This document shows positions 18,632-28,750 of a stretch of DNA of 64,000 nucleotides, piece by piece. The stretch is taken from positions 2,845 through 66,844 of the forward strand of contig JAUYIT010000017.1 in the NCBI GenBank assembly GCA_030688315.1. The letters are read 5' to 3'. The DNA comes from Candidatus Komeilibacteria bacterium (lineage in GTDB: Bacteria; Patescibacteriota; Patescibacteriia; UBA1558; UBA10009). How positions within the stretch are numbered: position 1 is the stretch's first letter; each line of letters starts with the position of its first letter. The notes under the pieces are model-generated. The model made no database searches, had not been told where the DNA came from, and saw only the letters and a program-made list of their open reading frames with translations. Made by a program: the position numbers and the translations under genes.

Positions 18632-18988
18632 ATGGTTTATCTGCCTTTACAAATTATTGTTACCATCTTTGTGGTGTTAGTTGTGTTTCGGCTGACCAAA
18701 AAATACAAAGACAATATTTTAAAAACTTCCGAACTGGTGGGCTGGCTAATGATTTGGACCGTTGTTTTAGTCGTCTTTTGGCTCCCTCAAACCACTTCTT
18801 ATCTGGCAACTTTACTGGGCATCGGCCGTGGCGTGGATTTAGCCGTTTATTCGGCCGTACTGATGATTTTTTACCTCATTTTCCGGCTGTATCTTAAACT
18901 GGATAAACAGCAGAAAGAAATTACCAAAATCGTCCGCCATCTGGCGTTATCGGAAACAAACGAGGACAAGGAACAAAAGTCAAATTAA
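18632..18988 (+). CDS. DUF2304-like small membrane protein (GT2-associated)
   Basis: 118 aa with 3-4 TM helices and a conserved-looking LGIGRGVDLAVY segment. This family commonly follows small GT2 genes. Confidence 0.45.
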   Translation: MVYLPLQIIVTIFVVLVVFRLTKKYKDNILKTSELVGWLMIWTVVLVVFWLPQTTSYLATLLGIGRGVDLAVYSAVLMIFYLIFRLYLKLDKQQKEITKIVRHLALSETNEDKEQKSN

Positions 18989-19018
18989 AAAATAGATTAT
19001 TTGAATAATCCTTGAATA

Positions 19019-20116
19019 ATGAATAACATAATGCCCGCCAAAGGCGGGTCGGCCTCTGGCCGAAAAAAAGTTTGCATCATCATTGTCAACTATAACGGCC
19101 AAAAATACCTCCCCGATTTGTTAGGGAGTATTTTTAGTAATCAGCCAAATAGCGTTTTACAGGAGGTGGTATTGGTTGATAACGCTTCGGTTGATAATTC
19201 CCTTAACTGGCTTAAGCAAAATTATCCGCAAGTTACCGTACTGGCGCAAACGGAAAATTACGGCTTTGCCAAAGGCAACAACATCGGCATAAATTGGGCC
19301 ATGGCCAATGGTTGTGATTACGTTTTTTTGCTTAATAGCGATACGCTTATGGAAGCCGGTTGTTTGGATAAACTGGTCAGCGCTATTGAACAGGATGATA
19401 AAATTGCCGTTATTCAGCCAAAAATATTGTTATGGCCGTTAACCGATTTAATCAACAGCTTAGGAAATGTTATTCATTATTTGGGCTTTGGCTATACTTA
19501 CGGCCATAAAACTCCTACTATGAACCATCAGTTAGGCCGCTCGATTTACCAAGTCAACTATTGTTCCGGTGCCGCGTGTTTGATTAAACTGGAAGCGCTG
19601 GCCAGAACTGGCTTATTTAACGAAGAATTTTTTATGTATCATGAAGATCTGGATTTGGGCTGGCGTTTTTCGCTCATGGGCTATAAAAACATGATTGAGC
19701 CGCGGGCCGTGGTTTACCATAAATACGAATTCAGCCGCAGCATTCAAAAGTATTATTATATGGAACGGAACCGCTGGCTGGTCATGTTGCAAAATTACAA
19801 ATTATTGACCCTCTTGCTGATTTTGCCGGCATTGCTTATGATGGAAGCAGGGCTGGTCTTGCTCTCCATCTTAGGCGGCTGGCATCAGGAAAAATTCAGG
19901 GTTTATTTATATTTTTTACGAGTTTCAAGTTGGAAAAAACTTTGGCTAACCCGAAGGCAAATTCAAAAACAGCGGGTGGTTAGTGATCGGGCGGCGGTTA
20001 AAAAATTCAGCGGTGTAATTGAGCATCAGGACAGCCCGGCCCGCGGGGTGGATAAAATTGCCAACATTTTTTTTAACGCCTATTGGCAGATTATTAGATT
20101 ATTGATTATTTGGTAA
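19019..20116 (+). CDS. GT2 glycosyltransferase with C-terminal membrane region
   Basis: 365 aa with CIIIVNYNGQKYL...VVLVDNASVDNS...LLNSDT DxD motifs and C-terminal TM helices. Confidence 0.75.
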   Translation: MNNIMPAKGGSASGRKKVCIIIVNYNGQKYLPDLLGSIFSNQPNSVLQEVVLVDNASVDNSLNWLKQNYPQVTVLAQTENYGFAKGNNIGINWAMANGCDYVFLLNSDTLMEAGCLDKLVSAIEQDDKIAVIQPKILLWPLTDLINSLGNVIHYLGFGYTYGHKTPTMNHQLGRSIYQVNYCSGAACLIKLEALARTGLFNEEFFMYHEDLDLGWRFSLMGYKNMIEPRAVVYHKYEFSRSIQKYYYMERNRWLVMLQNYKLLTLLLILPALLMMEAGLVLLSILGGWHQEKFRVYLYFLRVSSWKKLWLTRRQIQKQRVVSDRAAVKKFSGVIEHQDSPARGVDKIANIFFNAYWQIIRLLIIW

Positions 20117-20117
20117 A

Positions 20118-21269
20118 ATGACTGAACCAAAAATAAAAATCGCTCAAGTGGTTAACACCTTTCCGCCCTATCGCGGCGGCATGGGCAATGTTTGTTATCA
20201 TTTGGCCGATCAGCTAAGCCGCTTGGGTTACGAAGTCACGGTTTTTACCCCGCGTTATCACTGGGACGAAGCAGATTTAGAAAGTTTTTTTAATATCCAC
20301 AAGCTGACGCCGCAATTTCAGTTTGGCAACTCGGCCATAGTTTTGCAGGCATTTTGGCGACTGCTAAAATTCCAGATCGTGCATTTTCATTATCCGTTTA
20401 TGGGCGCGGCTTTGGCGGTGATGCTGGCTAAGCTAGTTCGCGGCAAAAAAATGAAATTAATCGTTCATTACCATATGGACCTGGTGGGTCAGGGCTGGAA
20501 AAGCTGGGTTTACAAAATTTATAACGCGATTTTTTTAAAAAGTATGCTGGCCCGGGCCGATCAGGTGATTGCTACTTCCGAAGATTATTTGCGCAAGTCC
20601 TTGATTTATCCGCATTATTTAAAAAATCTGGACAAATTCACCATAGTTCCTAATGGCGTGGACATCAATTATTTTCAGCCAGCGCCAAAAAATCAGGGTT
20701 TGGTGGATCAGTATGGGCTAGCCGGTAAAAAAACAATTTTGTTTGTGGGGGCTTTGGATGCCCAGCATTACTTTAAGGGCGTTAACTATTTAATCAAGGC
20801 CGTGGAATTGCTCAAGCGGACGGACGTTAAATTGGTGATTGTGGGCGACGGAGATTTGCGGCCGATCTACGAAGACATGGCCGAATCGTACGGCCTGGCG
20901 GAGCGGGTAATTTTTACCGGTTATCTGCCTGATGCCCAGCTGGTTGATCATTATAATTTATGCGATATCTTTGTGTTGCCGTCTATTGATAAAAGCGAGG
21001 CCTTTGGCATGGTGCTGATTGAGGCCATGGCCTGCGCCAAGCCGGTGCTGGCTTCCAGTTTGCCGGGCGTGCGGGAAGTTGTGGAAGCCAAGGTTAACGG
21101 CCGCATTTTTAAGCCCAAAGATGTTAATAGTTTATCGTTACAGCTGACCTTTATGCTTAATGATACTGCCTTATGCCGAGAGTACGGTTTTAATGGCCGC
21201 GCCAAGGTGGAACAGCAATACAGCTGGGATAAAATTACCCAGAATTTGTTAAAAATATATTTTCCATGA
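20118..21269 (+). CDS. GT4 glycosyltransferase
   Basis: 383 aa with GGMGNVCYHLADQL N-terminus and an EAFGMVLIEAMACAKPVLAS E-x7-E motif. Confidence 0.8.
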   Translation: MTEPKIKIAQVVNTFPPYRGGMGNVCYHLADQLSRLGYEVTVFTPRYHWDEADLESFFNIHKLTPQFQFGNSAIVLQAFWRLLKFQIVHFHYPFMGAALAVMLAKLVRGKKMKLIVHYHMDLVGQGWKSWVYKIYNAIFLKSMLARADQVIATSEDYLRKSLIYPHYLKNLDKFTIVPNGVDINYFQPAPKNQGLVDQYGLAGKKTILFVGALDAQHYFKGVNYLIKAVELLKRTDVKLVIVGDGDLRPIYEDMAESYGLAERVIFTGYLPDAQLVDHYNLCDIFVLPSIDKSEAFGMVLIEAMACAKPVLASSLPGVREVVEAKVNGRIFKPKDVNSLSLQLTFMLNDTALCREYGFNGRAKVEQQYSWDKITQNLLKIYFP

Positions 21270-22450
21270 AATTTTGCCTAATAACTAATTTATATCCGCC
21301 TTACGTGCGAGGGGGTGCCGAGCGGGTAGTGGAATTACTGGTTCAGGGCTTAAGGGCTAGGGGCGAAGTTTTATTGATTACCACTCAGCCCGATGATATT
21401 TTAGACGATGCCACCGAAGAGGGTTTTGAAATTTACCGCATCAATCCCTTAAACAGCTATTATCTGTTGGATGAACAGCCGCGCTCGGTTTGGGATAAAA
21501 TCAAATGGCATTGGAGTGATTTTTTTAATCCCTGGGTGCAAAAAGAAATTTATCACTTGTTAAAAAAACGCCGGGTGGATGTGGTTTTAACCCATAACTT
21601 AAAGGGTCTAAGCTTAGGTCTGCCTAAAGTAATTAGAAAACTGGGTTTGCCGCACATCCATACTTTGCATGATTATCAGTTGTTGGAGCCGCACGGTTCC
21701 ATGTTTAGGTCCGGCCAAAACGTGGATTTAAAAGGAATGGCTTATGTTTTATACCGCTGGCTATCCCGTTATTTTTTTAAAAATCCTGGAGTGGTTATTT
21801 CACCTTCGCGCTTTGCTCTGGATTTGCATCTTAAGTACGGTTTTTTTAAAAAATCCAAGACAATGGTTTTGCCTAACCCCGCGGCCGGCCATGATCAGTT
21901 AAAAATAAAGCCGCGATTAACTTCTGATAAATTACGCTTGTTGTATCTTGGTCAGTTGGAACCGGCCAAAGGCGTGTTATGGCTGGCAGAGAATTTTAGC
22001 CAGTGGGATGATGCGCGGGTGGAGCTGACCATAGCCGGTGAAGGCAGCCAGCTGGCGGAAATAAAAAAAATGGCCGGTCCGCGAATTAAGGTTTTAGGCA
22101 AAGTAACTAGAGAAAATTTAGCCGAACTGTTTGCCCGGTGCGATCTGTTGGTTTTACCATCAATTTGGCAGGAAAATTCGCCTTTGGTAATTTACGAGGC
22201 CTATCAGCACGGCTTGCCTGTTTTAGTTGCTGACGCGGGCGGAGCCAAAGAATTGGTTAAGGAAGGTGAAACCGGCTGGGTTTTTAAAGCTAACAATCAA
22301 GCCGATTTGCTAGCCAAGCTCAAACTGGCTTTGGCTAAAAAAGATTCGCTGTCAGCCATGGGCCAGGCCGGCCGCGCTTATGTTCAGCAGTTTTTTTTGA
22401 ATAATTATTTGACTAAGTTAATCGCCTTATGCGAGAATTTGAAGAAATAA
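21266..22450 (+). CDS. GT4 glycosyltransferase
   Basis: 394 aa with ENSPLVIYEAYQHGLPVLVADAGG E-x7-E motif. Its start overlaps the upstream stop by 4 nt. Confidence 0.8.
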   Translation: MKFCLITNLYPPYVRGGAERVVELLVQGLRARGEVLLITTQPDDILDDATEEGFEIYRINPLNSYYLLDEQPRSVWDKIKWHWSDFFNPWVQKEIYHLLKKRRVDVVLTHNLKGLSLGLPKVIRKLGLPHIHTLHDYQLLEPHGSMFRSGQNVDLKGMAYVLYRWLSRYFFKNPGVVISPSRFALDLHLKYGFFKKSKTMVLPNPAAGHDQLKIKPRLTSDKLRLLYLGQLEPAKGVLWLAENFSQWDDARVELTIAGEGSQLAEIKKMAGPRIKVLGKVTRENLAELFARCDLLVLPSIWQENSPLVIYEAYQHGLPVLVADAGGAKELVKEGETGWVFKANNQADLLAKLKLALAKKDSLSAMGQAGRAYVQQFFLNNYLTKLIALCENLKK

Positions 22451-23322
22451 TCGAGTTTATAAAAACCAAGTCACAAAATTCCCAGGGAGTTTTTTTGTAT
22501 TTACCCAACTTGACCGATTTTCAAAAACAGGAAATGGAGTTTCACGATGCCATTCATCAGGATGAGATAGAGGTTCATCAATTGAACGCCTTAAGAAACG
22601 TTTATTATCATAATTATTTCAAGAAGTTTTTATATCGCTTACCCAAAAGTTCGGTAATTTTGGAAGTTGGCTCCGGCAGCGGTTATGATTTGTTTTCGGT
22701 TTTGGAACAGGGTTATAATCTGATTGCTTCCGATATCAGCCCGGCTTCCGTTGGGTTTATTAAAAAACAGGTTGACGTTAGGTTCAGTTTATTAGCCGAT
22801 AAAATAATATATTTGGTGGCGGACGGACAAAATCTGCCTTTACCTGATAATTCGGTTGACGCGGTTTTTCTGGTGGCTTGTTTGCATCATTTTGAAAATC
22901 AGCACTCGGCTTTAACCGAAATCGCCCGCGTGCTTAAACCGGGCGGACAGATTATTTTGGCCATGGAGCCGTCTAGATTCATGATGTGGTTTACCAAGTT
23001 ATTCAGCTCCGCCAAAGGATTACGGATCCATGACGGCCATTCCGAAGCTGATGAAACCCATCCCGGTTACGGTAGAAGCGATTGGGAAAAAATAATCGCT
23101 GATAATCCTTTATCAATGGTCAGGTTAAAAAGGGTCTGGCTGTTACAAGGTTTTTTGCATTATGGTCTTGAAGCCCTGTTTAGAATTTTTAAATTAAAAA
23201 AGAGGATTAAACTTCCTCTCTTTATTGAATGGCCATTATTAATAATTGACGAGCTTCTCTTAAAAATCCCCATCATCAATCAACTCAATTGGCATTGGAT
23301 AGCGGTTATTTCTCGTATTTAA
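22429..23322 (+). CDS. class I SAM-dependent methyltransferase
   Basis: 297 aa with ILEVGSGSGYDL (motif I), LKPGGQIILAM (post-II) and a Rossmann MTase fold. Confidence 0.75.
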   Translation: MREFEEIIEFIKTKSQNSQGVFLYLPNLTDFQKQEMEFHDAIHQDEIEVHQLNALRNVYYHNYFKKFLYRLPKSSVILEVGSGSGYDLFSVLEQGYNLIASDISPASVGFIKKQVDVRFSLLADKIIYLVADGQNLPLPDNSVDAVFLVACLHHFENQHSALTEIARVLKPGGQIILAMEPSRFMMWFTKLFSSAKGLRIHDGHSEADETHPGYGRSDWEKIIADNPLSMVRLKRVWLLQGFLHYGLEALFRIFKLKKRIKLPLFIEWPLLIIDELLLKIPIINQLNWHWIAVISRI

Positions 23323-25429
23323 AAATGTAGTTTTTACCGTCAATGGCCTGCCAGTCATCGGCGGTTTCTTGTTGTTCGGCAATAACATCAGAGGCGTTAA
23401 GCCAGTAATCATTGATCACAAAATAAACATCGTTAACGCCGGTTAAAAAGCGGACCGTGCCAATTACTTCAGCCACCGGCGTTTTGGCGTAAGCCAGTTC
23501 CTCGTACAGGCCATAGAGGCGGCCGCCGGTGGGAACGGGGTAAAAAAAGAGGTTGTTGTAATAGTATTTAAAGCCCAGTTCTTTGAGGGCGGCCGCCGAA
23601 ACCGGCTGGGCAGCCAGCACCACATACGGCCGGTTGCGTTGGATAGTTTCAATAAAGTTGACGGTTTTAACATCAGTTAAAGACGTGGAGTAACCATGAT
23701 CTTCGGTAATTTTATCCACCCGCGGATACGAAAGATACCAGGAAAAAGTCATGGCCATGGCCAACAGAGTTAACGATAAAATAATCACCGGCCGCGACTG
23801 TTCATTAAGTTTTTTAAAAAACAGGTATAGCACAATCAAAATAAAAGGGGAGAGCAGATACAAACTGATTTCCAGAACACGATTAGGATAATTTATCTGT
23901 TCGTACGAAACCAAAGAGAAAAAGGAAACCATAGCTTTAAGTAGCAGGTAGTTGCCGGCTACCATTAAAAAACCTAAAAAGTAGGCAAAGTATTTTTTAA
24001 ACTGCTGATGGCGCCAGACAAAAATCAATCCCAAGGTTGATAGGATAAATAACAGTAAAACGATGTTTTTGCCGTAGGTATAAATCAAATCAGCCAAAGA
24101 AATAAAGGGCCTAAAATAAAAATCAGGCGGGTGGCTAAACACCAGTTCGCTCAACTTGGCCAGCCAGTTGGTTTGCAAGCCCACCTTAAGTTCGGATAAT
24201 GTCAGTGAGTTGACTATAAAAGCGACCGGCAGGGCAAGGATTCCCAAAATGGCAATTTCCCATAAAATGGACTGGTGCAGAATTTTAGGCAAATTGCTTG
24301 TCCCCGTCAGGGGGAATTTTTGCTGGCGGTGCTGGTAAAAAGCCATAATCACAAAAAAGAAAAATACCGGAATGCCGGCCAAAGGATGAATGGTTAAGGC
24401 CATCAACACTAATAAGCCCAGCGGCCATAACGATACCTTAGGATGATTGATGTAATAAAGCGACAGTAAAATCGCCAGCAAACAGAATAAATTGGCCGTG
24501 GCTTGAGGGGTGGTTACAATCAAGCCCGCAAAGGGGAATAACAATAAGCTTAAGGCGGTTAAAACCACGTTTTGCGGAATGGTTTTAAAATTATCTTTAA
24601 AAGCGTAATAAATGGTGGCGGGCAAATAAATCGCGGCCATAATTGGGATCAGTAGTTTATCCAGCCAGTCAACGGAAACCAACAGCAAACGGTGCAAAAA
24701 AATAATCAAACTGTATTGGCCGATGTAATAAAAGGGTTTAGGCAGTAACGTGCCGTCGCGCAGAATCAAATCCAAATTTAAACGGTGGATAAACGGGTCG
24801 TAATCAAAGCCCAGGCGGTAAATTATTAAAGCCACGCTAAAGCTGATTAAAGCATGCAGGCACACTAGCCAAAGAGTGCTGGCTGTTTTAGCCAGTTTAA
24901 CCAGACAGAACAACAAAAATGTGGCAAAAAAATATAAAAAGAAGATTTTAGCATCAATTACTTCCCACGGACTGCGAATCGCCCGGTCAGTTTGCGCGGA
25001 TTGCAATAAGTAAAAAATAAGACCCACAAACAATAAATAGGTCAGGGCCAAAAAAATCACCTTAACCCGCGGCAGTTCAAATTTAAAGTTAATATTGATG
25101 ATCAATGGGTGTTTTTTAACACCCAAGAGGGCAAATAGGGCTACGCCCGTTAAAGCGGCCGCATAGGCCTGGTAATCCAATTGCCATAAATAAAAACAGG
25201 CCGTGCCCACCAATGAGGCAATCACCACGCTGAACAACAAGCCGTAAATAAATTTGCAAACCCAGGAATTTTTTAAAAACAGCCAGTTGCCAATGGCCAA
25301 AGCGGCCAACAATAAAAACAACGCTCCGCTTAAAGTGTTCAACCATAGCCAAGTCCAGCTGGCATTGTTGACCACGCTTAAAATCAGCAAGGTCAAAATT
25401 AGTTTCCAATGGTTAAAGGTAAAAAACAT
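23306..25429 (-). CDS. large polytopic membrane protein (about 16 TM helices), putative GT-C-like glycosyltransferase/polymerase
   Basis: 707 aa and almost entirely hydrophobic helices. It is divergently paired with a GT39/83-like GT-C gene. No confident family assignment. Confidence 0.45.
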   Translation of the reverse strand: MFFTFNHWKLILTLLILSVVNNASWTWLWLNTLSGALFLLLAALAIGNWLFLKNSWVCKFIYGLLFSVVIASLVGTACFYLWQLDYQAYAAALTGVALFALLGVKKHPLIININFKFELPRVKVIFLALTYLLFVGLIFYLLQSAQTDRAIRSPWEVIDAKIFFLYFFATFLLFCLVKLAKTASTLWLVCLHALISFSVALIIYRLGFDYDPFIHRLNLDLILRDGTLLPKPFYYIGQYSLIIFLHRLLLVSVDWLDKLLIPIMAAIYLPATIYYAFKDNFKTIPQNVVLTALSLLLFPFAGLIVTTPQATANLFCLLAILLSLYYINHPKVSLWPLGLLVLMALTIHPLAGIPVFFFFVIMAFYQHRQQKFPLTGTSNLPKILHQSILWEIAILGILALPVAFIVNSLTLSELKVGLQTNWLAKLSELVFSHPPDFYFRPFISLADLIYTYGKNIVLLLFILSTLGLIFVWRHQQFKKYFAYFLGFLMVAGNYLLLKAMVSFFSLVSYEQINYPNRVLEISLYLLSPFILIVLYLFFKKLNEQSRPVIILSLTLLAMAMTFSWYLSYPRVDKITEDHGYSTSLTDVKTVNFIETIQRNRPYVVLAAQPVSAAALKELGFKYYYNNLFFYPVPTGGRLYGLYEELAYAKTPVAEVIGTVRFLTGVNDVYFVINDYWLNASDVIAEQQETADDWQAIDGKNYIFKYEK

Positions 25430-25477
25430 CTTCTTTATTTTAACATAAAAATGGCATTTTGGGCAGTTTGCCGCGTG

Positions 25478-25506
25478 TTGAAAAATAACCTATAAATTGG
25501 TATAAT
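25478..25506 (+). promoter_or_regulatory. sigma70-like promoter: TTGAAA (-35), 17-nt spacer, TATAAT (-10)
   Basis: Near-consensus hexamers upstream of the GT-C gene. The predicted leader contains hairpin element B. Confidence 0.45.
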
Positions 25507-25530
25507 TTGTATAACTTTATAAGCGACATA

Positions 25531-25579
25531 GAGCGAGTGAAGCAAAAAAGTAAACTTTTTTGCTTCCGAGCCGAGGAGC
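25531..25579. repeat. GC-rich hairpin element flanked by GAGCGAG / CGAGCCGAG motifs (copy B of a REP-like family)
   Basis: GAGCGAGt-[gaagcaaaaaag taaa cttttttgcttc]-CGAGCCGAGGAGC. The 12-bp stem is perfect. Confidence 0.55.
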
Positions 25580-25593
25580 TTATATGTACTCAT

Positions 25594-27234
25594 ATGGTTT
25601 ATTGGTTTAAAAAAATTAAGATTGATTGGGGTCTGCTTGTTGTAATTTTGTTAGGACTGCTTTTTTTATGCACCTATTCATATCTTGCTCGCCAACTGCC
25701 CGCTGATTGGTCGAACGACCCCAAATTGATTTTAAATTCGCCCGATGAAACAGCCAATTTGTTTTTTGCCAGACATTTCGCAGAAACAGGCAGTTTATCA
25801 TTTACTGACCCAGCCAATACCATTGCCGGCGAATTGGTCAGCCCGCGCAGTATGCGGGTGATTAACGGCCAAACCGTGCCCGCCGGCTTTATCGGTTTGC
25901 CTATTGTTTATGGAACATTAGCCAAAGTTTTTGGCTTAAACGCCATCCCGCTTTTTACCCCGATTTTAGCCATAATCGGGATTATTTTTTTCTACCTGAT
26001 AGTTAAAAAATTATTCGGGCACCAAGCGGCCTTATGGTCGTCCGTTTTTGCTTATGTTTTACCGGCTTATTGGTATTACAGCGCCAAAGGCCTAATGCCT
26101 AACATCGCTTTTTTGGTATTTTTTATTATTTCTTTGTATTTTTTCCTTCAATCGCTTGACCAAAAAAAGTTATTTTATTATCTGTTCTTCGGCGTATTTT
26201 TGGGATTAAGTTTAATGATCAGAACTTCGGAAGTTGTTTGGCTCGGTCCGTTGTTTTTACTTTTGACTTTGTTTAACCTTAAAAGAGTTAGTTGGCTTTA
26301 TTTGTTTTGTTCGGTGGTTATGGCGATCTTGTTTTTTACGCCGGTATTGTATTTTAACCAACAGATTTACGGCTCGCCTTTATCCGTCGGTTACTCCTTA
26401 AATAATTTATTGGTTGGACAAACTCCGGTTGAACAGGGGCTTTCGGTGGTCAAACAGATTTTTTTGCCTTTTGGAGCCGATTTTAAAACTTCAGCCATTA
26501 ATTTTTATCACTACACTTACGTTTTATTCCCATTGTGGACAATTTTAGCAGCCGTCAGTTTTTTGCTTTCCATCTTCCTGTTTATTGTTCAAAAAAAATG
26601 GCGATTGTTGGCCTATGCCGGCTTATTCCTTTTATTTAGCGCGTATTTAATTGTTTATTATGGCAGTTGGAGGTTTAACGATAATCCCGATCCAAATGCC
26701 GTTACCATCGGTACGTCTTACGCCAGATACTGGTTGCCGATTTATTTGTTCAGTTTGCCTTTTATCGGCTGGTTCATTTCAAATTTGTTGAAAAAATTTA
26801 CCATTGCCAAACCCGCTTTTGGAATTTTTCTTTTCACTTGTTTATTCTTAGTCAGTTATCCCACCGTCATGCTGGGCTCGCAAGAGGGGGTTTATCAGGT
26901 GGCAAAAAATTTAGAGGAATACCAACGCTTGGGCCAGTCGGTTTTTGATAAAACTGAAGCTAATGCCATAATTATCGCCGGTCGGCTGGATAAAGTTTTT
27001 TTTCCGGTCCGTTCGGTGATTTTTAAATTAAACAATAGCGGGGATTATGATAGAATAAAAGGATTAGTTGAAGGCGGTTATCCGGTTTATTATTTTGATT
27101 TTACTTTACAGCCGGCTGACGTAGCGTATCTTAATCAAACCGTTTACTCCGCTTATGGTTTAAATTTAAGCGATGAACTGCTTAAATTTGGTAAGCAAAG
27201 TTTGTTTCAGATTAAGTTGAAAAGCAATTTGTAA
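25594..27234 (+). CDS. GT-C fold glycosyltransferase, GT39/GT83 (PMT/ArnT)-like
   Basis: Polytopic membrane protein with a first-loop SPDETANLFFARHF DE motif typical of PMT/ArnT. Start chosen at MVYWFKKIK; the ORF track starts at 25507 and would translate the leader hairpin. Confidence 0.6.
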   Translation: MVYWFKKIKIDWGLLVVILLGLLFLCTYSYLARQLPADWSNDPKLILNSPDETANLFFARHFAETGSLSFTDPANTIAGELVSPRSMRVINGQTVPAGFIGLPIVYGTLAKVFGLNAIPLFTPILAIIGIIFFYLIVKKLFGHQAALWSSVFAYVLPAYWYYSAKGLMPNIAFLVFFIISLYFFLQSLDQKKLFYYLFFGVFLGLSLMIRTSEVVWLGPLFLLLTLFNLKRVSWLYLFCSVVMAILFFTPVLYFNQQIYGSPLSVGYSLNNLLVGQTPVEQGLSVVKQIFLPFGADFKTSAINFYHYTYVLFPLWTILAAVSFLLSIFLFIVQKKWRLLAYAGLFLLFSAYLIVYYGSWRFNDNPDPNAVTIGTSYARYWLPIYLFSLPFIGWFISNLLKKFTIAKPAFGIFLFTCLFLVSYPTVMLGSQEGVYQVAKNLEEYQRLGQSVFDKTEANAIIIAGRLDKVFFPVRSVIFKLNNSGDYDRIKGLVEGGYPVYYFDFTLQPADVAYLNQTVYSAYGLNLSDELLKFGKQSLFQIKLKSNL

Positions 27235-27235
27235 A

Positions 27236-28735
27236 ATGAAAACATTTTTTAACAATCTTTATCAAGTCAGCCGAGTGATTATCATTATTGTTCCTTTTAT
27301 TGTCCTTGGTTGGCTGATAAAAAAGGATCTGGCACTAAGCGGTCATTTGGAATTCAACTATGATTTTAACCAGGACTCGCCGGTTATTACCAACTTGTTT
27401 CCGGCCAACCGTTTGACCCAAGTCAATTTTGACCAAACTTCAAAACAGCATTGGCAGACCGTGATTCAGGAACCGGTTTATTTTGAAGCGCGTTTGCCGC
27501 AAAAGTTTGATACGGCCAGAGTGGAGGTTGTATATCAAAATCAGAACCAGCCCCTGATTCAAATGGGTTTAAGAACCCTCGGCAATGACGAATGGAATTA
27601 CAATTTTAAGCCCTTGGAAAATCAGTTATTGGACAAGCTGGATTGGTTCAAATTAACTGACGAACAGGGTACTATCTGGCAGAAAAAGAAAAATTTTTTA
27701 ACCCGGGAGCAGTTTACAGCAGCCGTGCCTTCGCTAAACAATCTGGCCGCTTATGATTACGCCTTGCCCAGAAAATTCTTTTTGCCCAATTACCGTCCGT
27801 CCAACGAGGAGCGGGTTATAACCAAGGCCTTGCGCGGTTCGCATAGTTTTTATACTTACTTAAAAAATGAAACCCTGGATTTTACTTTTATCATCCAGGA
27901 TATTAACCGCACGCTTGGGCCGGATATGTTTGTTGTGGAAGTTTACAACGAAGCCAATAAAAAAGTTTATGACGCCAAACTTAAAGATGACGGCACAGTT
28001 AATAATTTTGACGGCTCAACGCCCCGCCGTGATTTAGCCGTTAAAGTGGCTGGTTTGCCTGAAGGCGTGTACCGTTTGGAACTTAAGGCCGAAGATGATA
28101 TTTTTATCAGAACAATCAGAACCAAGCAACAGTATGTAACTTTTATCAACCGTTTGTATTTGGTTGATAATCCCGAGTATTCGGACGGTTTTTTGGACTT
28201 AACTTATCAGCCGACCGCGATTTACAGCAATATTCCGCGTTTGGGTTTTTACACTTCGCATCCGCAGGGTTTGCAGACCGTGGGCATTAATAAAGATCAG
28301 AGTGTTGAACTAATTGCCACCCACCAGAATTATTTTATTACGGCCAACAGTTTGCCGGCAATTGTTTACTCGCCCAAAAACGATCTTAAAATTTTCGGCC
28401 GGGGCTTAATGGCCTTTTCGCAAGACATGTTTTTTAATCCGGAAATTTACAGTTTGCGCGATTTAACTTTAACGCCGGATATTGAATACATTATCAGTTC
28501 CTATCAAACGCCCGCGCCGCTCGAGCATGGTTGGAAAAAGGGTCAGGTAACTTTTTCTTTGCAAAACGCCCAGATCGTTAACCGCAAATTGCGCTTTGGC
28601 TTAAGCGCGCCGGAAATGAATACGGCTCATGACCTTATTCCCATCCAAAGCATAAAAATTATTTTTGACCGCCAACCAATGAGTTACAGCGAGCTGTTTC
28701 AGAAAATAATTAAATACATTAAAGATAGGATTTAA
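27236..28735 (+). CDS. hypothetical membrane-anchored extracytoplasmic protein, co-transcribed with the GT-C gene
   Basis: 499 aa with a single N-terminal TM helix. The gap to the upstream GT-C gene is 1 nt. Confidence 0.45.
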   Translation: MKTFFNNLYQVSRVIIIIVPFIVLGWLIKKDLALSGHLEFNYDFNQDSPVITNLFPANRLTQVNFDQTSKQHWQTVIQEPVYFEARLPQKFDTARVEVVYQNQNQPLIQMGLRTLGNDEWNYNFKPLENQLLDKLDWFKLTDEQGTIWQKKKNFLTREQFTAAVPSLNNLAAYDYALPRKFFLPNYRPSNEERVITKALRGSHSFYTYLKNETLDFTFIIQDINRTLGPDMFVVEVYNEANKKVYDAKLKDDGTVNNFDGSTPRRDLAVKVAGLPEGVYRLELKAEDDIFIRTIRTKQQYVTFINRLYLVDNPEYSDGFLDLTYQPTAIYSNIPRLGFYTSHPQGLQTVGINKDQSVELIATHQNYFITANSLPAIVYSPKNDLKIFGRGLMAFSQDMFFNPEIYSLRDLTLTPDIEYIISSYQTPAPLEHGWKKGQVTFSLQNAQIVNRKLRFGLSAPEMNTAHDLIPIQSIKIIFDRQPMSYSELFQKIIKYIKDRI

Positions 28736-28750
28736 TCGACTAAACCGTCA

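Noticed and set aside
25507-25593. N-terminal 29-codon extension of the GT-C gene (ORF-track start 25507).
   Set aside because: The extension would translate through a near-consensus promoter -10 box and the perfect 12-bp hairpin element. The hydrophobic protein proper begins at MVYWFKKIK (25594).
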